The notes beneath the pieces were generated by a model. That model made no database searches. It had not been told where the DNA came from and saw nothing but the letters and a program-made list of their open reading frames with translations. DNA of 61,945 nt, counting the filler, from Choristocarpus tenellus KU-1152 (Eukaryota > Protista > Phaeophyceae): assembly GCA_964200185.2 (NCBI GenBank). It is 9 parts of 9 records of this genome, joined end to end, with 100 filler letters (N's around TTAATTAATTAA, not from the genome) between each part and the next. Parts side by side here need not be neighbours in the genome. Positions count along the whole stretch, not along the records: positions 19,471 to 27,064 come from CAXNAD020005908.1; positions 27,165 to 30,157 come from CAXNAD020023075.1; positions 30,258 to 35,928 come from CAXNAD020010066.1; positions 36,029 to 39,548 come from CAXNAD020019479.1; 5 more parts are not named here. The stretch is one strand, 5' to 3'. Both the position numbers and the translations under genes were made by a program. This document shows, in pieces, positions 26,481 to 39,507 of the stretch (the first letter of the stretch is position 1; the number at the start of each line of letters is the position of its first letter).

Positions 26481-27164
26481 ATTTTGTTTTCGGGTTAGTG
26501 TACCGTATCTTTCATGTAAGGTGTGGACGGATTCTGGAGGTGTATAGGAATGGTTATTGGTCAAGGTCTATTGTCCTACGCTTCTCTGGAAGTATTTCAA
26601 GATACACTTCCAGAGGTCCTGGGTTGGTGCTGTGCTTAGGAGCATTGTGTGTGGACTTCAGTGTATGATCCTCCAAGATTCGAAGGACGAGATCGGTTCT
26701 AGTTTGTTGACACTTGGACAAAGGATGAGATGGTGTATAGAGTATTGAGAAGCAGAGGGAAGATGCGTATTGTGTTCAAGGAATAATTAGCGGCTTTGAA
26801 AAGGACAGGGTGTTAAGAATATGCTTTTTATTCATGTGTAAAAGATGATTCTGTGGGAGAAACATTGAGTTGTTGAAATATTATTGGATAATGGGATAAT
26901 TTATAGTAATGTCTTTGTCAGGTGACTTAGGAAAATATTATCCGGGTTATTATAGTACAACAAGAAGAATCCTAGAAAAGGAATGTTGTAGCAAGTATCA
27001 TAGCAAGTAACACAGATTGAGTGACGAGTTATTAGTGATCAGTAATGAGTGAAAGGTTTATCACNNNNNNNNNNNNNNNNNNNNNNNNNNNNNNNNNNNN
27101 NNNNNNNNTTAATTAATTAANNNNNNNNNNNNNNNNNNNNNNNNNNNNNNNNNNNNNNNNNNNN

Positions 27165-27237
27165 GTTCCCCACGCGCGTATACTGCTCGCGCCAGTCAAA
27201 GCGCGGGAAGAAATACTCGCGCTACTCGCCTGTAACA
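27165..27237 (-). mobile_element. LTR end, same family as 54683-55101
   Basis: 73 nt matching 55029-55101 with a few substitutions, ending GCCTGTAACA; cut by the linker. Confidence 0.8.
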
Positions 27238-28732
27238 GGGGGAGCTAGGGAGGCATCCCAAGAATCCAACAAACTCCTCTGTGCCCATCTTCCTGGTGAC
27301 TCTAGTTTAAAGCGAATGACACGTCTAGACCATGCCACTTGTGTAGTCACCAATATAATTTGGCGTAGCCGAGCGAGATTCAACTGCTCCTTTCCTGCAA
27401 TATCCTACTCATATGTATAGTTTCATTTCTTTTTCCCCTGACACATCTATCTGCACAATGTCAGAGGGCATAATAATATAAAATATGGTAATATTAGTAG
27501 TATAATCGCTTCCCAAAACATTCAAAAAAGACATTAGTACTTCATGGTACCGTTTTTTCTTTTTGATGGAAACGTCAGCAGCGTCCTCGACATTAGCACA
27601 CGGAGGACCAAGCACACTTTGCTTTCTTCTTCTCCCGTGCCACATACCTGGGAAGGTGTAGAGCACCATCCCCTGGAATCATTCTTGTGTCATCCCGCAA
27701 GGTAAAATCGAGACCAAGCCTATCACTTTAGTCCACCTTGACTGCCATAAGGATGAGAAATCGTACACTATCCACAGAGCAAGCTACACTGAATTCCGTT
27801 CAAAGTGGCGAGGATGTAACTGGTGTTGCTGTGTATCTCTATCCTATCAAATCCCATGGTTGGCCACTCCTGAGTGCAGTCGTGAGCACCGTACCTTGGA
27901 GAGCTCTCCCAGCAATCAGGGTCTGCTTTTCTGTTGGTCTCAATGAGTCTTGTGGGCTCGGGCAACACAACCAACACCTGTGTCACAACGTCCTGAGTTG
28001 CTTCAGAGCCTTGCACCTGTCACATCCGCCGCATAGGAGGAGTCAATAAGAGATACTAGGCACCCCCCCAAACTACACAATACCGTTGTACCTCCAATCC
28101 CCCTTTCCCCACCCTTGTACCCCCATCTGACCCCGGAACCTGCAGAACGAGTGTTGAAATGTGATAATTACATAACTTTCAAAGAAAACAAACACGTCAC
28201 ACTACAATTTTCTGGCACCTGAAGAATTTCCAATTCGGATCCATTTTTTCACGTTCAAAATATTAAATACAGTGGTGTTGCCAATAGTGAGGATCACATT
28301 CTGACCCAATCCTCACCTCCTCCATCCCCTAGAGGTCCCTTGGCGTAGGAAAAGGAGGAAGTTCAGGTTTGTACTACCCGTGCAAATAAGAACTCTTTTG
28401 CTCTAATCTTCGCAAGGATCGCAACCATCACAGAATCCGCAATCACAGGCCCACAACAACGGTCACCTGCACCCATACTAAGAAACCAGCAGGACATGTC
28501 AATCTCTCAAAAGAGTCTGATCTTCTCAGAGACTATCTCAGTACCCTTCTTCTTCTTGAGCGATGAAGTGCGTTGGTGAGTGGGAGAGATTGCTCAGCGG
28601 CCTCTCAATACTTCTCAATGCTTTGCCCAAGCTACGGAAACCAGCCAACCTTTCTAGGCTGGTTCCTTTCGCAGCACAAAGGCCCCCCCTACTTGACAAT
28701 AACACCCTGACCCGCCTTTCCTCGTTTGCTCA

Positions 28733-28985
28733 CAGTGAATCTTAGAGGGTACGAGTTTGAGCTGTTTGTTTGTTGGGGCTTGGTTTCTCACGGGATTTTG
28801 ATGACATTTGATCTACTCCGAAATGTTTCGGATTAGGTAAAATGTTTACGTTATGAAAAGGTGTGTCCAGAATAAGGATATTGACACTTCCTAACAAATA
28901 CGATAGCCAAAATTACATCAAAATCGCAACATGGGATTTTGACCCCCAAATGGACCTGGTTCTACCCTCTAAGATACTTTGACTC
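28733..28985. mobile_element. MITE family A copy, TSD (C)TCA
   Basis: TIRs present; TCA at 28730-28732 and 28986-28988. Confidence 0.9.
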
Positions 28986-30540
28986 TCAACAAAGTCTTGC
29001 TCTCCTGGGTACGAGATTACTTTGTCTCACGGCAATACTACACCAAAATTCACCTCGCTTCTTCCTCTCCATCCCATGATAACCAGTGCTTCTACGCCCT
29101 TGCCTACGTTCTCATTGGAGTTTCTAGCACACCACAAGACTCCATATCTATACAACGAGGGGATTATCGTTTTCTTACAGCAACTCCCCATGAACTACAA
29201 CTAAGTCACCACAAAGTCCACTCCTTTGCACACAAATCTATTCCATCCCACACAACCCTATGACACTGAGGTTCTACTCTAAGAACATTGTAAATGAACT
29301 ACCACCACAGAACTACCATACAATCCTCAACTACTGTGCAATATATACTCCCCTGTATAAGCTAAATCCCCTGCGTTCCTCTGTACTCATCAACACCCAG
29401 GCGCACATTTATTCGCACATTTGAGTAACTAACTGCCACTCATCTACAACTCTATTAGTGACTCGAGTCTCCTCGAAAATTGACTGCGCACAACCTCCGC
29501 CCAAGAGAGAGCGACACATTGGCACAGTGACTGTGGTCGTCTTCAGGGAAGAAGGAAGATGGGCACAAGAGCAGCATCACGAAGCCCAAGCCATTACACA
29601 AGAGCAGAACAATACACGAACGTATAATAACACCTCTCGCACACCTTGTAACTAAAATCCAGTAAGTACAAAACTGGACTACAAATTTGCGAACTGGACA
29701 AAGGAACAGACGTTCACCCAATTAATTTATCCACCCTTCACCTCAATGATCTCCACCCCCCCCACCCGATGCCCATATGTTGATCTCTCAATATTTGGAT
29801 TTTCGATCCCTCAGAGATAGATAACCCATTTCTATGTGAGCTATTCACATCTACCATTGCTTCCCACTTCTTCGTGAGCAGGGGTCAGCAATAGTAGGGA
29901 TGCTCAGGAAATAGGTAGGACAGCATGGAGAGGCCCGAGAGGACCAAATCCTGGAGAGGGTGGGACAATAGAGAACATCACACCAGGAGGTGGTGGAGCA
30001 TTAAGCCCGGGGGAGGGTGAGACAGGAATGTAGCCAGGAATTGGCGGCAAATAATCAAACCCAGGAGGTGGACGGATACAGGGTTGCGCAACAGCACCAA
30101 CCTCTCCTGGAAAGGTGCGGATGTGTTACAGGCGCCCCTCAATGCTCACCTTCCAGGNNNNNNNNNNNNNNNNNNNNNNNNNNNNNNNNNNNNNNNNNNN
30201 NTTAATTAATTAANNNNNNNNNNNNNNNNNNNNNNNNNNNNNNNNNNNNNNNNNNNNAGGTTCACACAGGCCCTGGATGGATGCCTGACCCCCCCCCCCT
30301 TCTAGGATACTATGGGCCAACCATGCATATTTGGTGGAAAATAGAGAGCATGATGTGCCATTCTTCATTAAGCTAGAAGTAGTAGAGATAGAACTGACCA
30401 CTTTAGTTTTGCTGTTCTGAAATATTCACACCTTCAAGCTGTTTCACATGGGAAAGATTCTAGTGCAATATTTTCCTTTATCCCCTCCACCTTGGCATCA
30501 TCCAAAATGCTACCTGACGTACCCTGACGCATCAACTTGT

Positions 30541-30798
30541 GAGTCAATGTATCTTAGAGGGTAGAGCCGCCTCCGTTTGGGGGCAAAAATCCAATGTTGC
30601 GATTTAAATGTAATTTTGGCTATCGTGTTTGTTAGGAGGTGCAAATATTCTTGTTCCAAACACAACTTTCATAAGGTAAACATTTTAAGTGTTCTGAAAC
30701 ATTTTGGAGTAGAAAAATGTAACTAAAAAACCCTTTGGAAGCCAAGCCCCAAACGGACAAACAGGGCAATACTCGTACCCTCTAAGATACTTTCACTC
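30541..30798. mobile_element. MITE family A copy, TSD TTGT
   Basis: GAGTCAATGTATCTTAGAGGGTA...TACCCTCTAAGATACTTTCACTC; TTGT on both flanks. Confidence 0.92.
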
Positions 30799-30849
30799 TT
30801 GTCCTACATGCGGTGTTATTGCCCAGGCACCAAACACTTTTCAGGAAGA

Positions 30850-31700
30850 GGTTACATCACCACCACCCAAATCTCCTCAAGGGCCAGCAAAATATCCAGG
30901 CCAGAACTCAATGAAGGTTGTAGGTGGTGAAGAGGGGAAGCCAAGCAGTGGAGGCACTTCTCATCGAAGCCTCTTGTACCAAGATGGGGATACTTCGCTG
31001 CACTTATGGGGAAATTCAGGGGAAGAAGGTGGTAGCAATCCGCGCCGGCCAATAATCCCAAGTCCTTCAAGGAATACCACACATCCTGGACGGAAACCAG
31101 ATAGGCTGATATTGAGGGGGGAAAGTGGGGCTATAGGCCATCATGGCACGCGAAGTGTTTTGGATATTGTTGAAGTTGGGCAAGGATTATCTGCAAGGAG
31201 GGATGTCTATGAACTGGGTCATGCTTTGCTTAAACCTCAGCTACCTGGGTCATCTCCTTCTCGCAAACCTCATGCACTCTCAAAATGTACTAGAGGACCC
31301 ACCAGTGGCACGAGCGAGATGAATGATGGAGATATCTTTAGTGGAAGTAGTGGAATACTTCTCGGTGTTGCTGGTACTCAACCAGGTTGGGAGTACAACA
31401 ACGGGGGGGAGAACAGGCCGTCAAGTCAGACATCATACACGTATTTCCCCCCTCCACAGATGCTTAGGCCTGTACCTCTCCCAACCTGTGACATCTTGAA
31501 AAAACCCAACAGGGGGGTGAAAGGACAACAAAAGTCTATCCACCATCAGGGACATTTCTTGGGCACTGGGGTGGTCAAAAGGCAGGAACATGAGACCAGC
31601 TATGACCCTCCAAATCAAAGAAGAGACGACAAAGATCAGTGGCAAGAGTTAGCTCATACCAAAAGCACAGCATCACCAGGATTAAGGTCACCCGCACTTG
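30850..31700 (-). mobile_element. Highly decayed non-LTR retrotransposon RT region (tentative)
   Basis: Only weak RT-like remnants (SGFRPGC); many frameshifts. Confidence 0.3.
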
Positions 31701-33577
31701 TTGAAGGTGGAGGGGATAAGGGAAAACCTTCTGCAGGCAAGGTCTGTGAACGTCCGTCAGTGGTAACTGTATGTATTGTAAAAGTGCAACATTTCCCAAA
31801 ATACAAAGGCTTAATTCCAAGTGCTCTGTATGACTCGCTACTTTGTTGTGAACTGAACAATGGGTGTGGGATATCTTGCACATTCAAAAGTCACACGAAA
31901 CTTTGCACGAAAAGCACAGGATAAGGTTTCTGTTCAATTTTCTAAGCGTCTACAATATGTTTTGAGCAAATAATGTGGTATCACGTTTGAGGTGTTGTAG
32001 GGTTCAGGAAACACGCTAGAAAAAAACAATTGTTTTTGAACAGTAAGCAAAATGAGTCGCAAATATTGTACACAACAAAGGTCGTTTGAACCTTCTTCAG
32101 CAGTCCTTCCTGATCTCCTCTCCACCTTGTACAACCAACCGTAATCTAGGTTGACTGGCCTAGGCATGTTAGGGTTATGAACTGGCTGCCCATACGGGTC
32201 ACATATAGGGCACCTTGCGTTAAGACGACAGTACAAGGACTGACTCCAGAGTAGTAGTGGAAGTAGAATATCCCCCCTACCATACGCATTGTAGTGGTGA
32301 CAAATTGCACCTTCAATTCTAAGCTATGTTTTGCATCTCCTTTGCTACCACACCTCCGTTTTCAGTCATTTAAAGTAGCACTTTATGTGTGTCAAATCTA
32401 CTTGACAGCCTTTCCATCCCATCGACCACACTGTCCTTACAACCCTATCCATTTCCATCGTTCCTGTGTACATCTTTTCCCAGGAGGGTGCCCTCAACAG
32501 TGCAGGAGAACTTGGGCAATCAAAAACTGCCATCCGAGGCTCATGGATTGGAGACTCCCTCTCTCGTTCTATACCTTTGTTTCCTTCCGGAAATAAACCT
32601 ATACTCTATGTCAGCGCTCCGTCCTCACAGTCAGCAAGTCGCAAACGACGACATTCTCCAAGGAGACCAATAGGGAACACCAAGCACTAGTGGATGCCTG
32701 CCGCAGCACAACTTTCCTCTGAGAAGGACATGCGTAGGTCTGGCCACAAGAGAAGTACGGAGTTGTTTTACCAGGACTCCTGCTCTCTTCTGTTCACCTG
32801 CAGAGAAGGGTAGATATTGGGAAACTAGAGTGCTCCTTATGGGATTACCCATACAATGGGACTCGTTCCAATCAGTTGGGCTCCTGGTTTGTCCTGTTAA
32901 GCCATTCCAAGTTTCAAGATATGCCCACTCTAGAGGGAACCAAAAGCGTATTGCTGTACACAGAGGCTGTCGGACGTAGCACAGTACAGAAGGTTAGGTG
33001 TCTCGACACGCTTGCAATAGAGAACATGAACCACTGTATTCTTTCTGCCTTGACCTGCAGGTGCCTATCCACCAAGAGGTAGTCTAGTACTTCCGACGGT
33101 TATGAAAAAACCCAATGCTTATGTTCTTCTTGTGATTGTAAGAACCACTTGGAACAGTCAGTGACGACATGCTGAATCCGAAATTATCGATGCGAAAATC
33201 TAGACTTTGTGTGTCGCGAGCCTTGCCTCATCACTGACCCAACGGGCTTGTATGTGTAGGCGATTCAAGGGACTTTGCGTCTGAGCTAGCATGTTCCAAT
33301 GCTGCCAATATATGTAAAGTCTAGTAGTATTGTTCTGGTAGGGGTATGGCGGCAAAGAGTACATACATGGAGTCCTCACTGCTACCCTAATGCAGCTATT
33401 ATGCATGTGTATTCGTGGGAAGTTGGACCTATTCCTAGCAGTTAAAGTGTCCCCTGTGAGGAGAGTATATGTACTTTTCATGTGTGAGGATTTTAAGCTA
33501 TTGTTTCATAATAATATATGTGAGAGTAGGCGTTGGCTGTATTTAATTTGTTTGAGGGATGTATTACTATAGTGCTA

Positions 33578-35330
33578 CCAGTAGGTTCGCCCTCTGGGGT
33601 TGTCCCGTCATAACCTTGGGTGTAGACATCTGATTAAAAAAATAAAAGCATATTCGTGATGCCAGTCAGAATGCCAGTCAGAGTACGGGCTTCGCTTTTT
33701 TGCGCCTTTTTTTTCATTTATTGAAGAAAGAGCACTCATATTGGGGTTCGAACCTTGGATTGTAGGTCGCCAAGAGTGGTAACAGGGCACTATTACTTGA
33801 TTGAAGTATAGGGTTTAGCCGGGAAAAAAGTCTCTCCACCCTTTCTTCTTGTGTGTACGTGCACCCACTCTTTGACCTCGGCAAGGATGTTCTCGTCGAG
33901 GCCCAGGACGAAACGCCTATCATAGTGCCCTTGCTCCGACACCTTGATGTGACCCTTAGTTTGGAAGTCTCTCACCCATTTACTCACAGTTTCTGGTCTG
34001 AACATCGCATATCCTGCTGCCATCTCGAGCACAGTTTGATGATCTTTCCTGTCATTTATACACACGTACAGGATTCGCGATGTTAGAGCCTTTACTGTCA
34101 CATTTCCTTGTTGAGCGCTGGAAATGGGCGTTGATGGTGTTTCCTGGATAAGTGATATTTTGTCATCAAGGTGCAAGGGCGAGGGAGGACAGGCTTGAGT
34201 TGATCGAAATTTGTGTTGATTTCTTGAATGAATGCAGGCGAGGAGAAAAGATTAATCAACTTTATACGTCCAACTCCAAATCCAGGAACAAAAGTGAATG
34301 TACGACATCTTGCAAGAAGTGGGAGACAACAAACCACTGGTGTGCAAATAGTCTCAACCTCACCTCTTCTTCTTCCTTGGCGTCCTTGTTGATGGCTACC
34401 TCCACGTGCTTCGCAACCTCTTCAAAGTAAAGGATTTGGTGGTATCGAAAGGTCTCCACAACTGCCTTTGTTACGATTGCTTTCTCCTCCGCCTTGCGAG
34501 TCCTTTCGACCTTCTTTAAGGCTTGAGAGCCCTTGTAGCCCAACCCTAACAACTTCTTTCTCGTTTCCTTGAGCCACTCCGCCTGGCACAGCTTCCAGAC
34601 AGCCAGGGCCTGCTACAACTGTTGACTACAAAGATATTCTACACCTGAGTTTTCGCTTAGGCGTTTCCTGAGCGCAATGGCACGCAGTCACACAGCTCTC
34701 TTACCCAAACTTCCCTTTGGGCGGTCACCCCGACCCTCTCTTCACCTGCCGTGACCAGGCTTCCCCACAGACTTCATCACTGTACCGCCTGGTGATGGAC
34801 TCGCTGCTCTCTTCCTGCTTTCCCGACGTGGCAGAGATTGCAGAACAGTGCTCCGACGTGGTTGAAGATCCAACCACGTTTGTGTGGTAATGCTTTCAGT
34901 GCATCTTCTCTCAGCATCAGCATCGTGGCCCCGTGATCCATTTCGCGATTTGATTATGCTGCTGCGACACACTACTCGCACTTTCTCTTCACCTAACTTC
35001 GCCTGAGTGTCACATGGTACTCGCCTCTCAACAGAGAAGGTGCCGAGGGTAGATCCAGGGGGAAGAGTGGTCTCAGCGGCTTTCCTTGTCTCACCGTCGT
35101 GGTTCATGTTGCTGTGTAAGTGACGTGTGTGTGTGCTCACAGAAAGTCTACAAAAGGCGTTAAAAATATGTCCCGAAATCTTGAGTTTTTTTTTTGTGTC
35201 TCCACACCGGTCAAACTTGGGCAGCGACATACCCTGGACCAGTTTTTTGTAAGGAGTTCAGCAAACCACTTACTTCATATTTATCTGTTTTGAAGTCATG
35301 ACATTCAAAATTGCGACGCAGATATTGTTC
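33578..35330 (-). mobile_element. IS630/Tc1/mariner-type deletion derivative, copy 1
   Basis: Left end TA|CCAGTAGGTTCGCCCTCTG. Minus-strand ORF pieces include HTH-like MAAGYAMFRPETVSKWVRDFQTKGHIKVSEQGHYDRRFVLGLDENILAEVKEW. Colinear with 47152-49342; no DDE domain seen. Confidence 0.75.
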
Positions 35331-36589
35331 GATTAGACTCTTCCAACTCTATCAGACAGTTACGGTATAGTATGTACGGAGTAAAGGAACAATCATTTAG
35401 TGGTTGAGTTATCAGGACCTTTTACTAGTGATTAGTTGTATGAGAATTTTTCTCATATAAAAAGAAATATTTCTGATTTTTATGGCGTATTGCATGCCCC
35501 ACTTAACTTCAATCAAGCAATCTCGCTGGGTTTATCACCTTTATCCTCTTTGATGATTTAGGAGATAGTTTCACACAATATATTGAACCTTAGGTTTGTA
35601 ACCCATCATATCATCATGTCTACACGAGGAGATGCGATTCAAGAATTGTGGGAGCCTGTTCCTTCCTAGGGCACATCTGTCCAAGAGTTCAGACAGCTTA
35701 TGGTGATGGTAGGGGAGTTGTCAAGAAACGTTGGCAATCTCATGGTTCAGTCTGAAAGAGTCGGCGACGGAAATCATCCCATCGTCCAGGCCGCTGTGCC
35801 CAGCACACAGCCTCTGGCTGGGGGTGTACCAGTCAAATGGGTCCTACGGAACCCATGTTGAGGGAAACTTTCCCAGAGAGGGGAAACAGTTTAGATTCTG
35901 TGAGCATCAGAAGTGGGGCAAGCCAGAGNNNNNNNNNNNNNNNNNNNNNNNNNNNNNNNNNNNNNNNNNNNNTTAATTAATTAANNNNNNNNNNNNNNNN
36001 NNNNNNNNNNNNNNNNNNNNNNNNNNNNACGGTTTTCGGGGGGGACGGGGTTTCAGGCGTGTGCCCTTCCGATCCCCCTGGCGTAGCCCCCCCCCCCCCC
36101 CAGATACTTTGGGTCACCACGAGGTCAAGAATGACAGCAAAAAAGGGACATTTGAATTCGATCGCAAAATGAACACGGCCCTATCACTTCTATATTTCGA
36201 CCAGCACTCATGATACCAATACTAGCCCTGGTAAAAATAAATCACCTATTTTCAACACTAATCCAAATCCGCCATTTTTACAGATATCACCTTGGATCAA
36301 AAATGTCATCGTAGAAAAATCCAATGACTCTAATACGAAATAATTACAGCGAATTCAGCCGAACCTTTTTTTCCGAAATTGGAACATATGTTGCTGTCAC
36401 CTTTCTTGGGAGTAATCAGGCAACTGATCCGAAATAGAAGCAAGATTCCACGATGCAATTTCACGCACCACAACATCCGTCCGTCCAGGATGACGTTGTA
36501 ACACCGTCGATACGCGCGTGTAAGGGCTCCGATACCATTGGAACATTTCCAATGAGAGGTTCAAATCGGAAATGTACATACACAACCCC

Positions 36590-36980
36590 AAACCGTATTG
36601 CCGTGCTTTGGAATTTGATGACCTTTACCATTCGACAGAACAAATCAAATTCATTCGTTATTATCAGCCTTGTGTCAAGCACAAACCTGCACATGATTGC
36701 CCTCCCAACATTCAACCCGGGTCAGCGTCTAAGTACCTTTCATGTTCATCTATCACTTCCTCAGTTCGACGTGATGTTTATCTCTTCAGGTTGTTACTAT
36801 TTCAAATCGACACACACACCGTCCAACAGTCTTGCCGCACTTTGGATACTGATGGTGTACACCGTTGGACAGAACACATGAAATGTATTCATTGTTGCCT
36901 GCCCTATTTCAAGCGCAAACCTGTGCACGATTGCCCCTGCTATATATTACCTTGGTCGGCGCGTAAATCCTACCAGGCTG
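36590..36980. repeat. Two diverged ~230-bp direct repeat units
   Basis: TTGCCGTGCTTTGGAATTTGATG...AAACCTGCACATGATTGCCC is repeated as TTGCCGCACTTTGGATACTGATG...AAACCTGTGCACGATTGCCC. Confidence 0.6.
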
Positions 36981-37191
36981 CGTCCGATATTGGTGCGTAT
37001 TTCATATTCATAATCTTCCCATGTCGATCAGGTTGACAGTTTCATATCTATTATTAAATTGCGACCTTCGAGGAAAGCTTAACACCGTCCTCGTTTCCAC
37101 GGCATCGCTACGCCCTCTTCATATCTCGTTTGCATAGCCCACGCATGGACACGAACCCTGCACTCCGTGCAGATCCCGTCATCATTAATCA

Positions 37192-37449
37192 GAGTGAAAG
37201 TATCTTAGAGGGTACGAGTATTGCCCTCTTTGTCCGTTTGGGGCTTGGCTTCCCACGGTTTTTTTATGATATTTTCCTACTCCGAAATGGTTTGGAGTAG
37301 GAAAAATGTGTACGTTGTGAAAAGGTGTGTCAGGAACAAGGATATTGACACTTCCTAATAATCATGATAACCAAAATTACATCAAAATCGCAACATTGGA
37401 TATTGACCCCCAAACGGACACAGCTTTGCCCTCTAAGATACTTTGACTC
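37192..37449. mobile_element. MITE family A copy, TSD ATCA
   Basis: GAGTGAAAGTATCTTAGAGGG...CCCTCTAAGATACTTTGACTC; ATCA on both flanks. Confidence 0.93.
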
Positions 37450-37579
37450 ATCACATAGTCCACCACTGTTCATATAAAGACACCCTTGATGTGCTCGGCT
37501 AACCATTGCATCGACCCCTACGTCGATATTGTCTTCTTTGCTGATACTAAGAATCCTAACATTTTTCCCTCTATCTTCA

Positions 37580-39170
37580 CAGACAGCCGACCGGAGGCCC
37601 GGGGACTGAACACCAAAAGACGACGGACCTGATAACGTCCAACCTCAGTACAACATGCACGATAGACCTCGCCACGTCTGTCTTCTTGACACAGAGATAC
37701 AACGCCAACCTTCTTGACAACGCTAGAGTGGAGTCTATGTTCTCGAAGCTGGGGCCGGACCCACAGATCGCCGCTGACAAGCTCGCAGGGATCCAGAGTG
37801 GGCAGCCTTTTCCCCTGTGCTCCTGATGGAAGACAATAAGCGACATCAAAGCCGACATGCGCAGGGCGAACGTGCCCTCCAGTGTGCCAGACAGGGAACT
37901 GTTCGAGTATTAGATCGCCAATAACAACTTGGACGTGGACCATAATGGCGACGAAAGGGACATAGAGGACAACGACAATCTATTCTTTTGTCTCAATGGA
38001 CAACACCGTGTTATGGTGTTGAGGGCGATCGAGTGCATTGCCAACAAGAATAACGTCCCTTGTGGTACCAACCTCCCGACCCATGTGACAACGCGATGGG
38101 TCTCGGAAGTAGGAGCAAACCTCCAGAAGGCTAACCACAGGAGCTTCATGTGGAAGACTTATCGACATTGCAGCCGGGAGAAGGCTGAACATCCTCCACA
38201 GGAGAGAGCGTTGCAGTCAGCCGATCGCATGTGCCAAATATCCTAGACATATTCCATTAGATGGTGTGTTGGGTTGCTGCTATCCTGGAGTATAGGCGCG
38301 ACTTCAGTTGCGACAGGTCCCACCCCTAGGTCCGGGAAACGGAAGAGGACCCCGATCGTCCCGCGCGCATGGTGACACTGGTCACCAAGTGCAAACAGTG
38401 CTGTCTAGGTTACATCAACTTCCGGAGTGCCGACACCGCGTTACGGACGACAGTGAAATGGAGGGAAGCTGCAAAGATAAAGGCATTCCTCAAAGAAGCT
38501 TGGGAGGACACACATATGGAAGCCGGTGTGAATAGACTCACCGACCAGACCTCCGTCCAATTCTTCAACGCGATCGCCACCCTTTTCTACATATGCACGG
38601 GAGAAGGTGAGATTCCGACGGCTCCTTCCACAGGAAACGATTTGTGAAACGATTGTGAAGCGTCACGTACCTTTTGTCGAATATATCCATATTAATTATA
38701 TGTCGGTGTCCAACGCACCCCATCCCTCTCTTCCCCTAACCATGTTCCACCAGAGACAAAAGAACTGGAGAAGATCCTTCTCAGTGTGTGGAGAGAGCAC
38801 AAGAAGCGCGACGGGTCAAGAGTAAGCGCGATGCACCCGTATCCACATTAGTGCATCCAATACCCCATCACCAACGGTCCAACAAGACCGTAGTAACCCT
38901 TGCCTTCCAATACTGAGCCTGAATTGACGTTTCATATTTGTGCAATGCTATCGACCTTGTGACATACACCATTAACCAACAAACCCACTCCAACTCCCAC
39001 TTTCTTCTTTCCTGATCATATTACCTTATCCTCCTCACACCCAACGCGCACCTGACCAGGACAAATTCGACTTCAGAACGGTTCGCATGTGCACTGTGCT
39101 GTGGTACGTAAATCCGGACGCCGCCATGGAATCCCTTAAGAACAGTAGGGGGTTCACGCACACCTACAGG
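37580..39170 (+). pseudogene. Intron-containing pseudogene with a ParB/sulfiredoxin-like N-terminal domain
   Basis: One frame reads TCTIDLATSVFLTQRYNANLLDNARVESMFSKL...FFCLNGQHRVMVLRAI with in-frame stops. Further GT-AG-bounded exons at ~38754-38821 (ETKELEKILLSVWREHKKR) and ~39060-39169. Confidence 0.45.
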
Positions 39171-39473
39171 TTGAAGGTGGGGGATAAACATTCCCAACTA
39201 TATTTTCCCCACTTGACGTCAGCACACTTGACACAGGGCAGACAGTAATGAAGAATTTGATGTGTTCTGTTGAACAGTAAAGCGGTCAGTTTCCAAAGAC
39301 CCCCAAGCCCATATAAGGTTTCGATGCGCTACGCACATCCCCTAGTATTCCTTCACTGGTAGGTACACTGCTAACCCTGATTCCTCCACACCCTCAGAGC
39401 TCGTTCATTATATCGGTATCCTAACCACACATAATCGCACATTTGATGTACATGTAGGTGGGTCAAAGTATCT

Positions 39474-39507
<34 letters not shown>

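Noticed and set aside
30911-31924. 337-aa plus-strand ORF
   Set aside because: No recognisable domain; probably the antisense of a decayed retroelement.
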